From the IMG/VR virus record IMGVR_UViG_3300044761_000059, positions 7,286 through 71,285 of that record: a stretch of 64,000 nucleotides of DNA; one strand, written 5' to 3'. The notes beneath the pieces are model-generated. The model saw nothing but the letters and a program-made list of their open reading frames with translations, had not been told where the DNA came from and ran no database searches. Shown in pieces: positions 1 to 9,942 of the stretch. The stretch is from a virus. Within the stretch, counting starts at the first letter, position 1, and every line of letters starts with the position of its first letter. A program made the position numbers and the translations under genes.

Positions 1-54
1 CAATTTCAGCGAGAGGATCCGCAACCCCCGGAGTTCGACCGCTAGGCCCGCCAC
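1..54 (-). CDS. 5' start of the next virion morphogenesis gene (runs off the window)
   Basis: GTG at 54 preceded by GGAGGAG; reads VAGLAVELRGLRILSLKL with no stop before the window edge; position after a gp36-like gene. Confidence 0.4.
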   Translation of the reverse strand, partial: MAGLAVELRGLRILSLKL

Positions 55-62
55 CGCTCCTC

Positions 63-548
63 CTACCGGAAGACGTCCTTGTCTTCCTCGTCCCGCTCCC
101 GATCCGGGTCGATCCGCGTCTGCACGAGGTCCCGCACGCCGAAGGTCGGCCGATAGAGGTCCGTGGATGACCACGGGGTCGTGGTGATCAGGTTCGCCTC
201 GAGCCGCGTCCCGTCCGAAGCGGTCAGGGTCCCCGAACCGCTCACGATCGGTTCGAGCATGTCCGTGACCTCGTCGAACCAACCCTGCACCCACTCGCTG
301 GTGTTCTCCTTCTCCTGGGAGAAGAACCGCTTGAGGAGCCGAGCGACGGCGAGGGTCTCCGTGGCGTCCTTCAGGATCGGCGGCTTTCCCGACACCGGGA
401 CCGTGTACCGCCCGGAGAGGAGAGCGTTGATCCTCGCCTCGGATCTTCCGAGGTAGCTCTCCACCAGCACGCTGGTGATGATGCTGATGGAGCCGATCCT
501 CGGGTAGAGCTCGAAGACGCCCCCGACGGTCCCGTAGTCTGGCGGCAT
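63..548 (-). CDS. Mu gp36-like (DUF1320) head-tail connector protein
   Basis: YGTV..V N-terminus and 'AEARINALLSGRYTVPV...PPILKD' pattern typical of Mu gp36/DUF1320; located downstream of head genes. Confidence 0.75.
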   Translation of the reverse strand: MPPDYGTVGGVFELYPRIGSISIITSVLVESYLGRSEARINALLSGRYTVPVSGKPPILKDATETLAVARLLKRFFSQEKENTSEWVQGWFDEVTDMLEPIVSGSGTLTASDGTRLEANLITTTPWSSTDLYRPTFGVRDLVQTRIDPDRERDEEDKDVFR

Positions 549-557
549 CGCTTCCCC

Positions 558-860
558 CTACGGCAGCCTGGTCTTCTCGACCCGGAAGGTGCCTCGATCC
601 ACGAAAGGGTATACGCTGCCCGAGATTGTCTTGTTGGCGGCGAATTCGTAGAGATACACGCCGAGGGACTGGGGCATGGTGAAGAGCCCGTAGAACGCCA
701 GGCTACCGCTCGCCAGCGCCGTCCCGGTCTGTATGACGGTCTTGGAGAAGGGTTCCGTGATGGAGAAGGCCGGCGCGGCGTCCGGAGCGACCAGCGACTC
801 CCACGTGAACTGGATCGTGTCCCCCTGCTCGAACGTCGGCATCATGGCTGGTTCCTCCAC
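558..860 (-). CDS. small beta-rich virion/adaptor protein
   Basis: FEQGDTIQFTW...GVYLYEF Ig-like pattern; structural gene context. Confidence 0.5.
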   Translation of the reverse strand: MEEPAMMPTFEQGDTIQFTWESLVAPDAAPAFSITEPFSKTVIQTGTALASGSLAFYGLFTMPQSLGVYLYEFAANKTISGSVYPFVDRGTFRVEKTRLP

Positions 861-3367
861 CCGATGGTGCGGACGAAGGGGGTTTGGGTCCGGTCCCCAG
901 TGGCCCGGCCGAGGGGATCCCGGAAGCGGACGTCGTGATTGCGACCCAGCGGGTCCACCAGTGCGATCCTGATCCCCGTCAGGATCCGAATGATGGTCTC
1001 GAACAGCGTGGCGATCACCGAGTCGACCAGGGAGATCGGCGCCCGGACGATCATCTCCTGGACCTTCCGCACCGCGTCTGCCAGGGGGACGACATCCGCG
1101 ATCAGACGCATTCTGACCGCCGTGGCAGCAGTCGTGTCCATGGTGCTGATCAGGTCCGCGATCGCCCGTAGCCGGAGCGCCTCCTTGCTGATCTCCCCCA
1201 GGAGCTCCACCTGCTCCCGGAGGTGAAGGTGTCGGTCCAGGAGGTAGGTGTCTGCCAGACCCGCCGAGACCCGCACCACCATCTCCTGCTCCCGTCGGTA
1301 GACGTCTGTGAGCAGCAGGGCGTCCTGGACCAGCCGGGTGATCACCTGGGCCGCGCCCTCGCTGATCCGTTCGGCCGTGAAAAGATCCGAGAGGAGGAGC
1401 GCATCCAGGATCTGGCGGCGCCGGTCTGCCGTGACCACGCTGGCGTCGCTGACAAGCACCGTCTCCGCCAACAGGCGCGCCGTATCTACGACCCGACGCT
1501 GGGCATCCGAAAGGAGCAGGGCGTCCTGGAGCCGGGCCTGCCGTTCCGCCTGCTGGAGGGTCTGGTCGGCGAGGAGCAGCCGGTCGAGGATGCTCGCGGC
1601 CCGGTCGGCCTGCTGGCGGGTCTGGTCGCTCACGAGCATGGCGTCCAGGATGGCCCGGACCCGGGCCGCCTCCTGGCGAAGCTGGTCGCTTAGGAGCAGA
1701 GGCTCCCGGAGGTGAAGATGCCGGTCCTGTTGGGGGGCGTCCGCCATTAGAATTCCGTCCTGGACGAGGCGAAAGTGGACGACGGCGGCCTCGGAGACGA
1801 ACGTCGCGGTAAAGAGGTCTTCCAGGAGCAGCCGGTCCGCCACGGGCCGAGGGTAGACCTGGCTTGCCGTGGTGTTGAAGTTGTCGAAGAACGGAGCGCC
1901 CGGGTTGGCCGTGACGTCAAGTGCGACGCCGGCGATGATCTCGAATCGGATGGCGGTGATGTCGAATGTCCTCGCAGCGGTCTTTCGCTGCGTCCAGGTC
2001 ACCCCATCGAGCGACGTCTCGAACCGGAGGGTGTCATCCCCCGTGTCGTGCCGGATCCGCCAATGGTGATGGATCGCGGGATCGAACGCTAAGGTCGTAA
2101 CCGTAAAGGGGTTCCCGCGCTCGAAGGCGATGATCTGGCCCAAGACATAGATGGCTGCGTAAAGGGTGGTGCTCGTCCCCAGGAGGAGCACGGTCTGGAT
2201 CGAGTCGGCGCCTGTTGCGGCGCGGCGGCCTGTCTCCACGACTTCGACGCGCACATGGCTGCCTGTCAGGTTGTAGAGGCCGACGGAACTGTACCCGTTG
2301 AAGCCGATCTCCGTGCCCGAGAGCGTGATCCGCACCTGCTGGTTAGTTTCGGCGACGGCGTGTGCGGGATTGAAGGTCCCCTGGTACCAGATGGTCCCGT
2401 TCTCGTTCCACTTGGCCACGTCCCGGGAGTTGTCGTTGAAGTTGTCGCTGAAACCTTCCGCGGCTGTGAGGGGACTCTTTTGCGTGAAGAGGTCGGAGAG
2501 GAGGAGCGCGTCCTGGATCAGGCGCGCGAAGACGCCCCCGAATATCTTCTCGGCGGTGAAAGCGTCGGAGAGGAGGAGCGCGTCCGCGATGAGCCGAGCG
2601 ACGTCGACGGTCCTCCGTTGGGCGTCCGAGAGGAGAAGCGTGTCCAGGATCTTCCGGGGCCGGTCCGCCAGCTGCCGCGCTTGTTCCGAGAGAAGCAGGG
2701 CGTCCTGGATCAGGCGCGTCACCGTTGCCGCCCCAGCTTCCTTCACCGCGATGGCGACGACGCCAGCCTCGTTGACCGAATTGGTCCAGTTGATGTTTAC
2801 GGTACCGCCGGTCGAATTACTGGTCCGGCGGCACCAATTGCAGGAAGCGTTGCCGAAGTCGTGCTCCAGGATCGTCGTATAGTCGGCTCCGTCGTCTATG
2901 TTGGCAGGGTTGTTCTCGCCGCTGTGCATCGCACCAGCGATGAAACATTCCACGCCAGCCCCCGTGATCAGATCCACATCGGGGGCGCTATCTGAAGCGG
3001 AGTCCAGAGTGGCTGTGTCCTCAACCGCCGTGTCCGCCGCTGCGGTCACGGTGATGGCGACTGCCCGTTTGCTTGTTGCCCCGCTCACGGTCACCAGGAC
3101 CGTCTGGGCCCCGGTGGGAATCCCGGATCCGAGGAAGTAGGCGTAGAGAGACCCGTCCTCCGTCCCATTCACATGGAGAATGGCATCTGCCCGGGTCATC
3201 AAAACCCCGCCATACTCCACGGAAGTGATGTCGTCTGTCGCGCCTCCGGCCTCGTCCTGGACGATGAGAACGATCACGCCTCTGGGTGTTCCGACTGGCG
3301 TATGCGTCCAGGAGAGGTTCCCCGTCCCGGCGGCTACGTTGCTGTCGGCGTCAAAGGCGATCGCCAT
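842..3367 (-). CDS. large virion fibre/whisker-like protein with D(A/T)LLLSD repeats and a ConA/lectin-like domain
   Basis: 841 aa; many ~20-aa-spaced 'DALLLSD' repeats flanking an FSDNFNDNS...beta-sandwich insert. Confidence 0.65.
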   Translation of the reverse strand: MAIAFDADSNVAAGTGNLSWTHTPVGTPRGVIVLIVQDEAGGATDDITSVEYGGVLMTRADAILHVNGTEDGSLYAYFLGSGIPTGAQTVLVTVSGATSKRAVAITVTAAADTAVEDTATLDSASDSAPDVDLITGAGVECFIAGAMHSGENNPANIDDGADYTTILEHDFGNASCNWCRRTSNSTGGTVNINWTNSVNEAGVVAIAVKEAGAATVTRLIQDALLLSEQARQLADRPRKILDTLLLSDAQRRTVDVARLIADALLLSDAFTAEKIFGGVFARLIQDALLLSDLFTQKSPLTAAEGFSDNFNDNSRDVAKWNENGTIWYQGTFNPAHAVAETNQQVRITLSGTEIGFNGYSSVGLYNLTGSHVRVEVVETGRRAATGADSIQTVLLLGTSTTLYAAIYVLGQIIAFERGNPFTVTTLAFDPAIHHHWRIRHDTGDDTLRFETSLDGVTWTQRKTAARTFDITAIRFEIIAGVALDVTANPGAPFFDNFNTTASQVYPRPVADRLLLEDLFTATFVSEAAVVHFRLVQDGILMADAPQQDRHLHLREPLLLSDQLRQEAARVRAILDAMLVSDQTRQQADRAASILDRLLLADQTLQQAERQARLQDALLLSDAQRRVVDTARLLAETVLVSDASVVTADRRRQILDALLLSDLFTAERISEGAAQVITRLVQDALLLTDVYRREQEMVVRVSAGLADTYLLDRHLHLREQVELLGEISKEALRLRAIADLISTMDTTAATAVRMRLIADVVPLADAVRKVQEMIVRAPISLVDSVIATLFETIIRILTGIRIALVDPLGRNHDVRFRDPLGRATGDRTQTPFVRTIGWRNQP

Positions 3368-3435
3368 TAGTCTGCCCCACGGTCCACAGCGTGGCCTCTT
3401 GGACTTCTGGAGGATTTGGCCAGTGCGGTTCGGTT

Positions 3436-3957
3436 CTATCGGCTGCCGACGGTCGTCTCCACCTGCAGCTTCAGGAAGTCCGAGTTGGCCAAGACCACGG
3501 TGGAGAGCGCGGCCCGCTGCATCATCACGCCGGTCCCCGACCCGGAGGCGTTGAAGACCCCCGCCTCGGCGATCACGACGGAAGTGATCCCATCGGACCC
3601 GCCCCCGAAGGTGTTGACCGTGATCCAGATGTTGCCGGCGCGGGAGGTGGAGTCGAAGAGCCGGCGGAGGACCTCCCCAGGCAGGGTGGTCTGGTTGATT
3701 GTGGCCACAGTGGTGGACGTCCCGATCGCGCAGTGGGTCATCGTGGAGTTGGCGCCGATGGCCCTGGACCCGATCCGGTCCGCCAGGTAGTCCATCCCGG
3801 TTGTGACGACGAGGTTGCCTTCCTCCACCTCGCTCGGGGGGAAGTACCCGCCGGCGGGGTTCGCTCGGGTGATCTCCTTGCGCCAGATGCCCTTCAGTAG
3901 GATCTGCGGCGGGCTGATCGGCTGGCCCACCAAGCTCTCACCGAGAAACTCCTTCAT
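3436..3957 (-). CDS. virion structural protein (tail-collar/fibre N-terminal-like)
   Basis: 'NLVVTTG...AIGTSTT...EAGVFNA' motifs common in phage structural proteins. Confidence 0.65.
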   Translation of the reverse strand: MKEFLGESLVGQPISPPQILLKGIWRKEITRANPAGGYFPPSEVEEGNLVVTTGMDYLADRIGSRAIGANSTMTHCAIGTSTTVATINQTTLPGEVLRRLFDSTSRAGNIWITVNTFGGGSDGITSVVIAEAGVFNASGSGTGVMMQRAALSTVVLANSDFLKLQVETTVGSR

Positions 3958-3994
3958 CGCAGTTCCCTCAAGCCACGCGGGCATCGGGGCGCGG

Positions 3995-4249
3995 TTAGGA
4001 CCGCGGGTCGTGTCGGTCTGGCCGGTAGTCCCCGGTCCGGATCGTCACCGAGCTCTTCATCATCGTCGGCCCGGTGCGGATGATCAGCCCTCCCCACTTG
4101 CAGCGTCGGCAGGTGAACTTCGCCACCCCGAAGAGGTACTCCCCCAGCACGGTGTTGCACTGGGGGCACCGGACGGTATGGGCCTCGATCAGATACGGGA
4201 ACTTCAGCGCCTCGGCGGTCATACTGGCGAAGACCTGTTCGTCCTGCAT
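3995..4249 (-). CDS. Mu Com-like zinc-ribbon regulator
   Basis: VRCPQCNTVLGE...KFTCRRCK matches the Com-type Cys4 knuckle. Confidence 0.6.
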   Translation of the reverse strand: MQDEQVFASMTAEALKFPYLIEAHTVRCPQCNTVLGEYLFGVAKFTCRRCKWGGLIIRTGPTMMKSSVTIRTGDYRPDRHDPRS

Positions 4250-7156
4250 CTACACGTACCGCCCCGTGAAGGGATCCACCAGCGCCCGGGTCTGGCTCTG
4301 GAGGACCTTCTGCCAGTTCTCCACGGACGAGAACCGCGCGCGCATGACCTCCCCCGTATTCGCCGCCCCGCTGGGCCCGGCGCCTGCTGCCCACGCCGCC
4401 TCGAACCCACGGTTCAGGATCCGGAGGGCCTCCGAGTAGTAGTCCAGCCCGTCCCGCGCGTAGAGGGTCATGTCCCCGATGAACTCCTTCTCAAAGAGGG
4501 CCACGGCCTCCTCGCAGTGGGCCAGGACCTCCGCGGTGATCCGGCCCCCGCTCTGCTCCAGCTTGTAGCGGGACAGGTGGATGAGGTCCCGGAGCCAGAG
4601 GAACTTCCCGAGGGTCCGCTCCGGGTAGGCCCGTCGGTCCGCGACCATGAGCCCGATGTTGCGGGCGAACTTCTTCCGCCGGACCTCCTCGACCAGGTAC
4701 CCGTCGTGCGCGATGTCCAGGTCGCTCAGGAGGAGGCAGGGCGTCACGCTGTGGTTGATCGCGGTCTCCGGGTGCTCGTGGATCTTCCCGAAGAAGCGGA
4801 TCCCGAGCCCGTTCCGGAAGACCCGGATCGGCAGATCCGGCTTGAAGGCGTTCGGGGGCACGGCCGAGAAGTGGTGCTGCCGGACGCCGTAGCCGTTGTA
4901 GCAGTTCCGCCGGAGGTACTTCGCCAGGTTGTTGGGGCGGAGGAGCTCCTCGTCCGTGTCCAGCCACAGGATCCAGTCGCAGCCGGCCGCCTGGACAGAG
5001 GTGTTGCGCGGGCCCTCGAAGCCGAAAGGCTCATGGGCGACCTCCGCGAAGTGCTCGGAGGGCATGGCCTTGCCGCAGGGCAGGCACCAGTGGGGCGGCC
5101 GCTCCTCCAGGATCTTCGCGCCGAAGGCCCGGGCGAGCTCGATCGTCCGATCCGTAGACCCCTGATCCACCACGATAATCTCGTCGGCCAGTTCCCGGAC
5201 GCTCTGGAGCGCCCGGATGAAGAGGGCCTCCGAGTTGAAGGTGATGAAGCAGGCCGAGAGGGTCTGCCGCTTCAGGGACGGCTTCGCCGCGGGGAGCGCC
5301 GGCGTCCAGGCGTGGAGGGCCTCCAACCATTCGGGCCGCCAGTGCCGGCGGTGGATCTCCGCCCAGGAGAGGGCCGCCTCGGGGTCGGCGAGCATGGCCT
5401 CGCGCTGGGCGTGCTGGCCCTCCTCGTCCAGGAGGGTGGCGGTCAGGCAGTCGACGTAGACCGCGTGGTCCCCGGCCCGCACGCCGTGGCGGACGGTGTC
5501 CCGGAGGGCCATGGTCGGGACGACGACCGGGATCGCCCCGAGGCGCTGCGCCTTCACGGCCACCAGGCAGAAGCGCTCCCCCCCGGTGCAGGGGTACGCC
5601 CAGACGGCCGCCTCGAGGTAGGGCGTGGGGTCGTCCGGGAGGCCCCCCGGCCGCAGCGTGATCCCGGGCTGGGCGAGCCGCTGGAGGAGGTCCCCCTTCC
5701 ACCGGGCCGCCTCGAGGTTCCCCGCGGTGATCTGGTCGAAGAGCCACCAGTCGTGCCAGACGTGCAGCTCGGCGTCCGGGACCCGCTCCCGGATCTCCGC
5801 CCAGTGGTCCAGGAGGAAGGCCAGGCCGCGGTCCGGGGAGCTCGCGTAGACCATCCGGTGCGGCGGCCGCCAGGGGTCCCGCGTGGCCGCCAGGATCCCG
5901 TCCGGGACGCCGAAGGGGACCGTGGCCACCTTCTCCTCCTGCAACCCGGGGTTGAGTTTCCTCAACTCGTGGTTGTGCCAGGGGGAGATGGCCATGATCC
6001 GGTGGATCCGCTCGAGGCGGGTCGGCGTGAGGTCCTCGGGGCCGTTCGGGTCGGCCGTCCAGTAGAGCACCCGCCGGGCCGCGATCGGGCGGTCCAGGGC
6101 CTGGGGCCACTTGACCACCACCACGACGTCCCGGGGCTCGTCCGGCCGGAAGGCCGCGTGGGGGAGGTACCGGACCGGGCCGGGGGGGGCCGGGGCCCCC
6201 TCGGGGGGGTTGTGGAAGACCTCGACCTCATGCCCGGCCCCGGCCAGGGTCCGGGCCAGCTCAATGACTCCCTCCTCGCTCCCCCGGAAGGTCCGGGGAT
6301 CCTCGGGGGTCCAGCCGGTCCCGACCGGGTTCACGACGAAGGCCGTCCGGGGGCGCCGGTAGCACAGGACCCGCTCCCGGTGGGCGCCGGCGTCCAGGAT
6401 CTCGTGGCCGTCCACCGCCCGCTCCCCCAGGAGACCCAGGACGTCCTCCTCGGCCAGACAGCGGAGGTGCTCCCGGGCCTCATGGGCGTTCCCCTCATGG
6501 GGCACCGGGCTGGCTGGGGTGGTCAGGTAGACGCGGCCGCCTGGCGCCAGGTGGCGCTCGGCCGCGGCCAGCGCGGCACTGGGATCCAGGACGTGCTCCA
6601 GAACTTCCATCAGGAGCACCGCGTCAAAGACCTCCCCGATCCCGAAGTCCTCCAGGAGGCTCGACACGAAGGCCGCCTGGATCCCCAGGGTCTCCGCGCT
6701 CCTGGCGGCGTGGGCCATGGCCTCCCGGTCCACGTCCACGCCCATGCCGGTGGCCCCGAAGGCGTGGCAGAGGTTCAGGAGGGCGAACCCGTCGAAGCAG
6801 CCCAGGTCCAGGATCCGGGCCGGGGGCTTGGCCGCCATCCAGGTCCGGATCCTGGCCAGCCGCGGGATCTGCTCGTGCCGCCGGGGGATCGCCTCGGCGG
6901 GGAGGTGGACCCGGCGGTGACCCTGGTAGAAGGCTCTGTAGGCCTCCGGGCTGGCGGTGTGGGCCAGCCAGTCCTCCAGCTCCAGCTCCAGGCCCTCCAG
7001 GCCGGGGAGGGAGGGTTCCGTGGCCCTGAGCCCCGCCAGGGCCGTCCTGGCGGCCAGTGGCTGGTCGGCCCAAAGGAGGGCCCGGATCTCGGCAAGCCTG
7101 GGATCCTGGAGGGTCTCGGGGAGGTAGGAGTGAACCAGCGTGTGTGGATCAGGCAT
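4250..7156 (-). CDS. three-domain fusion: class I SAM methyltransferase + GT4 glycosyltransferase + GT2 glycosyltransferase
   Basis: ILDLGCFDG and EVLEHV (MTase); GSEEGV, YASSPDRGL, ERFCLVAVKAQ (GT-B/GT4); IIVVDQGSTDRT, WILWLDTDE, GKIHE (GT-A/GT2). Confidence 0.9.
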   Translation of the reverse strand: MPDPHTLVHSYLPETLQDPRLAEIRALLWADQPLAARTALAGLRATEPSLPGLEGLELELEDWLAHTASPEAYRAFYQGHRRVHLPAEAIPRRHEQIPRLARIRTWMAAKPPARILDLGCFDGFALLNLCHAFGATGMGVDVDREAMAHAARSAETLGIQAAFVSSLLEDFGIGEVFDAVLLMEVLEHVLDPSAALAAAERHLAPGGRVYLTTPASPVPHEGNAHEAREHLRCLAEEDVLGLLGERAVDGHEILDAGAHRERVLCYRRPRTAFVVNPVGTGWTPEDPRTFRGSEEGVIELARTLAGAGHEVEVFHNPPEGAPAPPGPVRYLPHAAFRPDEPRDVVVVVKWPQALDRPIAARRVLYWTADPNGPEDLTPTRLERIHRIMAISPWHNHELRKLNPGLQEEKVATVPFGVPDGILAATRDPWRPPHRMVYASSPDRGLAFLLDHWAEIRERVPDAELHVWHDWWLFDQITAGNLEAARWKGDLLQRLAQPGITLRPGGLPDDPTPYLEAAVWAYPCTGGERFCLVAVKAQRLGAIPVVVPTMALRDTVRHGVRAGDHAVYVDCLTATLLDEEGQHAQREAMLADPEAALSWAEIHRRHWRPEWLEALHAWTPALPAAKPSLKRQTLSACFITFNSEALFIRALQSVRELADEIIVVDQGSTDRTIELARAFGAKILEERPPHWCLPCGKAMPSEHFAEVAHEPFGFEGPRNTSVQAAGCDWILWLDTDEELLRPNNLAKYLRRNCYNGYGVRQHHFSAVPPNAFKPDLPIRVFRNGLGIRFFGKIHEHPETAINHSVTPCLLLSDLDIAHDGYLVEEVRRKKFARNIGLMVADRRAYPERTLGKFLWLRDLIHLSRYKLEQSGGRITAEVLAHCEEAVALFEKEFIGDMTLYARDGLDYYSEALRILNRGFEAAWAAGAGPSGAANTGEVMRARFSSVENWQKVLQSQTRALVDPFTGRYV

Positions 7157-8363
7157 GCGCCAGCGCCTCCTCCTTGACCAGGCCCCCCACCAGGGCCTCC
7201 CATTCCGCCGCCACCCCATCCCAGTCCAGGGCCTTGGCGGCTTCCATGCCGGCCCGGGACGCCGCCGCCCAGGCCTCCGGGTCCCGGAGCAGGCGCAGGC
7301 AGGCTCGCACGAAGACCTCCTGGTAGTACGGGCTCCGGGCGCCCTTCTGCGGATCGAAGAGCTCCATCCCTGGCATCCGCCAGGAGCCGTCCGCCTGGGC
7401 CACGGCGCCGCCCACGCCGAGCTCCTTGAGCGCCTTCCCGGGCTCAGACGGGTGGCCGACCAGGACGCCGGCCCCGGGGGAGACGGTCTCCGTCAGGGCC
7501 GCCAGGTCCGAGGCGACAATCGGGAGGCCGACCGCCATGCACTCCATCGCCGTGATGCAGCTGATCTCCTCGAAGTCCGTCGGGTAGATGTAGAGGGCGG
7601 CGGTCTTGTAGAGCTTGTAGAGGTCCTGCTTGCTCAACGGCCCCAGGTGCCGCACCCGGCCGGCGAAACGGTCGATCAGGCGCTGGCACTTGTCGTAGAG
7701 GGGCCGGAGGAAGTCCGGGTAGTTGGCGTAGCCCGCGAGGTACAGGCGCAGTTCCGGGTCCTCCCGCAGGAGCCGCGGGAAGGTGTCCTCGAGCAGGATG
7801 TCCATCCCCCGCTCGGGGCGCGCGGTGAAGACCAGCGCCTTCATGTCCCGGGTGCCCTCCGGCGGCCCGGGCGCCGCCTCGAGCATCCGGAGGTCGATCC
7901 CGTTCCGGGTCACGTGGAGGGCGCTGTCCGGCAAGCCGTAGACGTTCTGGTACTGGCGCTTCATGAACTGAGAGAGGACCATGACCCGGTCACACGCCCA
8001 GAGGATCCCCCGCATGGGGTCGGCCGTGCGCTTCAGTGCCAGGTCGTGGACCCAGAGGAGCCGGACCGGGGCGGCGATCGGGAGGGTCAGCGGATGGGGG
8101 ACGCGCTGGACGACCGCGACGTCGTGGGTGACATTGGTGGTCCACTCGATGTAGTGCTGGATCCCGTGGTACCGGACCCCGTCGTAGGCGGCCTCCTTGT
8201 CCGTCCGGCAGAAGAGGTGGACCTCGTGGCCCCGGGCGACCAGCGCCCGAGCCAGGTGGAGCCCAGCGGTCTCGGATCCGCCGAGGGACTTCAGCTCGGG
8301 GGCGGCGCCGTCGAAACTCATGCCATCTACGAAAAATGTCCAGCGTAGGCGCTCAGGGTTCAC
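7149..8363 (-). CDS. GT4-family glycosyltransferase
   Basis: LGGSETA, VTRNGID, RPERGMD, YPTDFEEISCITAMECMAVGLP; GTG start overlaps upstream stop (GTGA). Confidence 0.9.
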   Translation of the reverse strand: MNPERLRWTFFVDGMSFDGAAPELKSLGGSETAGLHLARALVARGHEVHLFCRTDKEAAYDGVRYHGIQHYIEWTTNVTHDVAVVQRVPHPLTLPIAAPVRLLWVHDLALKRTADPMRGILWACDRVMVLSQFMKRQYQNVYGLPDSALHVTRNGIDLRMLEAAPGPPEGTRDMKALVFTARPERGMDILLEDTFPRLLREDPELRLYLAGYANYPDFLRPLYDKCQRLIDRFAGRVRHLGPLSKQDLYKLYKTAALYIYPTDFEEISCITAMECMAVGLPIVASDLAALTETVSPGAGVLVGHPSEPGKALKELGVGGAVAQADGSWRMPGMELFDPQKGARSPYYQEVFVRACLRLLRDPEAWAAASRAGMEAAKALDWDGVAAEWEALVGGLVKEEALAHA

Positions 8364-8809
8364 GCGATGTTTTTGGCGGCCACAAGGGCACTTCTTTCCC
8401 GCTCGTGCGGGCATTCGCCGTAGAAGCCGATCGCCATGTTGCAGTTGTGGCAGAGCACTCGGAAGATCGGGGGGAAGCCGTTCCGAATCGCCCAGCGGTA
8501 AGCCCTGGCTCCGCCACGGCCCACTCCAGACGAGCGCCGATGCTCATTGCCGTTCCCGTCGATATGGTCAAGGGCGAGGAATTCGAGCCGATCTTCGCCG
8601 CAGCATCGGCACGCGGGGGCGCCGCCGGAGTAATGGCTTAGGACGCGAAGCCTCATCCGTTGATAGGTCGCCGGGCCGTAAACCTCCCGGGTCATCTGCG
8701 CCGTGCAGTCCTTGCACCAAGAGTAGCGCCCGTCCCTGGATCGCGTGACCGGCACCGGGTAGAAGTCGCCCATCGGTTTCTCGGTCTTGCAATGGGCGCA
8801 TCTCTTCAT
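8360..8809 (-). CDS. HNH (EndoVII-like) endonuclease with N-terminal Zn finger
   Basis: MKRCAHCK...WCKDC, CRCCGE...LALDHIDG...RVLCHNCN. Confidence 0.85.
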   Translation of the reverse strand: MKRCAHCKTEKPMGDFYPVPVTRSRDGRYSWCKDCTAQMTREVYGPATYQRMRLRVLSHYSGGAPACRCCGEDRLEFLALDHIDGNGNEHRRSSGVGRGGARAYRWAIRNGFPPIFRVLCHNCNMAIGFYGECPHERERSALVAAKNIA

Positions 8810-9612
8810 CGCACCCTTGCCTCCTCCCATCCCCCCAGGTCCCGGTCCTTGAAGGCCATGTAGGCCTCCCGGGGCAGTTCCGGGTGCCGGGCCAGGACCG
8901 CGGGGCTGTCCCGCCACTTCTCGCGGAATCGGGCCCCGTCGCGCAGCTCGACCTCCGTGTCCTGCCCGGCGTCCCCGTCGGCCCGCCGGCTCTGCTTGTC
9001 CAGGTGGCACGTCCGGATCCCCTTGACCACCGCGGGCTCCAGCAGGGGATCCCCGGCGGCCGCGATCCGGAGGCGCTCCACGTAGTCCGTGTCCCCAAAG
9101 CAGACGTAGAAGCGCGGGTCGAACCATCCGACCGCCTCCCGCAGCCGCGGCCAGTCCATCAGCCAGCAGCTCCCGTTGTACCCGGTCTCGAGGGAGACGG
9201 GCGTCGCGCCCTGCGTGGCCAGCGCCGCGACCTGGCCGAGCCCGGTGACGGTCTCCGGGCCGAGGAAGGCCATCCGGGTCCGCCGCTGCACCTCCACGAG
9301 GAGGGGCAGGACCGCGACCCCGAGGAGGACGTCCGCGGTGAGCACCAGGACCAGCTCGGATCGGCTCAGGGCCAGGCCCCGGTTCACCGAGCACCAGACC
9401 CCGACGTTCCGGTCGTGCCGGATCACCTGGTGGCGGGGCATCTGCTGGGCGACCGCGAGAATCTCCGGGATGCGCGGGTCGGTCGAGCGGTTGTCCAGGA
9501 GCACGGTCGACGCCACGAGCTTGTCTCGGCAGCCGAAGGCCCAGTAATGGGCCAAGCAGAGCCAGAGACTCTCTGGGGCGTTCCGCGTCGGGATCAGGAC
9601 GTCGATCATCAT
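8806..9612 (-). CDS. GT2-family glycosyltransferase
   Basis: IDVLIPTRN, LLDNRSTD, NVGVWCSVNRGL, VGWFDPRFYVCFGDTDY. Confidence 0.85.
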   Translation of the reverse strand: MMIDVLIPTRNAPESLWLCLAHYWAFGCRDKLVASTVLLDNRSTDPRIPEILAVAQQMPRHQVIRHDRNVGVWCSVNRGLALSRSELVLVLTADVLLGVAVLPLLVEVQRRTRMAFLGPETVTGLGQVAALATQGATPVSLETGYNGSCWLMDWPRLREAVGWFDPRFYVCFGDTDYVERLRIAAAGDPLLEPAVVKGIRTCHLDKQSRRADGDAGQDTEVELRDGARFREKWRDSPAVLARHPELPREAYMAFKDRDLGGWEEARVR

Positions 9613-9738
9613 CCACGCTTCCTTCTGCGCGTTCCCCACGACCACAGGTTCCGCAGCCACCACCGGCGGTACGAGAAGGCGTGCCATTCTGCGGCGTGGC
9701 CGAAGGCTTGGCAGCGGTCGCACCAGATGGTCACGGCC

Positions 9739-9942
9739 TCACCCCCTCCAGCGGTGGTCGCAGTCCAAGCACTCCAGGTCGATCAGCTCGGTCCGGAGGG
9801 AGACCCCAGGAAGGACGCTGCGCCTGTTGTCCTCCCGGGCGACGCTCACCATCAGGTTCAGGCTCGCGTCAAGCTCGCGCTCGTCCACCACGAACACCGT
9901 CACGTGGTCCCCCCCGCAGCGCGGGCAGGACTCCCACCTCAC
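9739..9942 (-). CDS. small zinc-ribbon protein
   Basis: CPRC...CLDC; GTGA overlap with the upstream gene. Confidence 0.55.
   Translation of the reverse strand: MRWESCPRCGGDHVTVFVVDERELDASLNLMVSVAREDNRRSVLPGVSLRTELIDLECLDCDHRWRG

Noticed and set aside
3803-7177. 1124-aa and other long plus-strand ORFs throughout the window
   Set aside because: Antisense shadows of high-GC3 minus-strand genes with no recognisable motifs or RBS.
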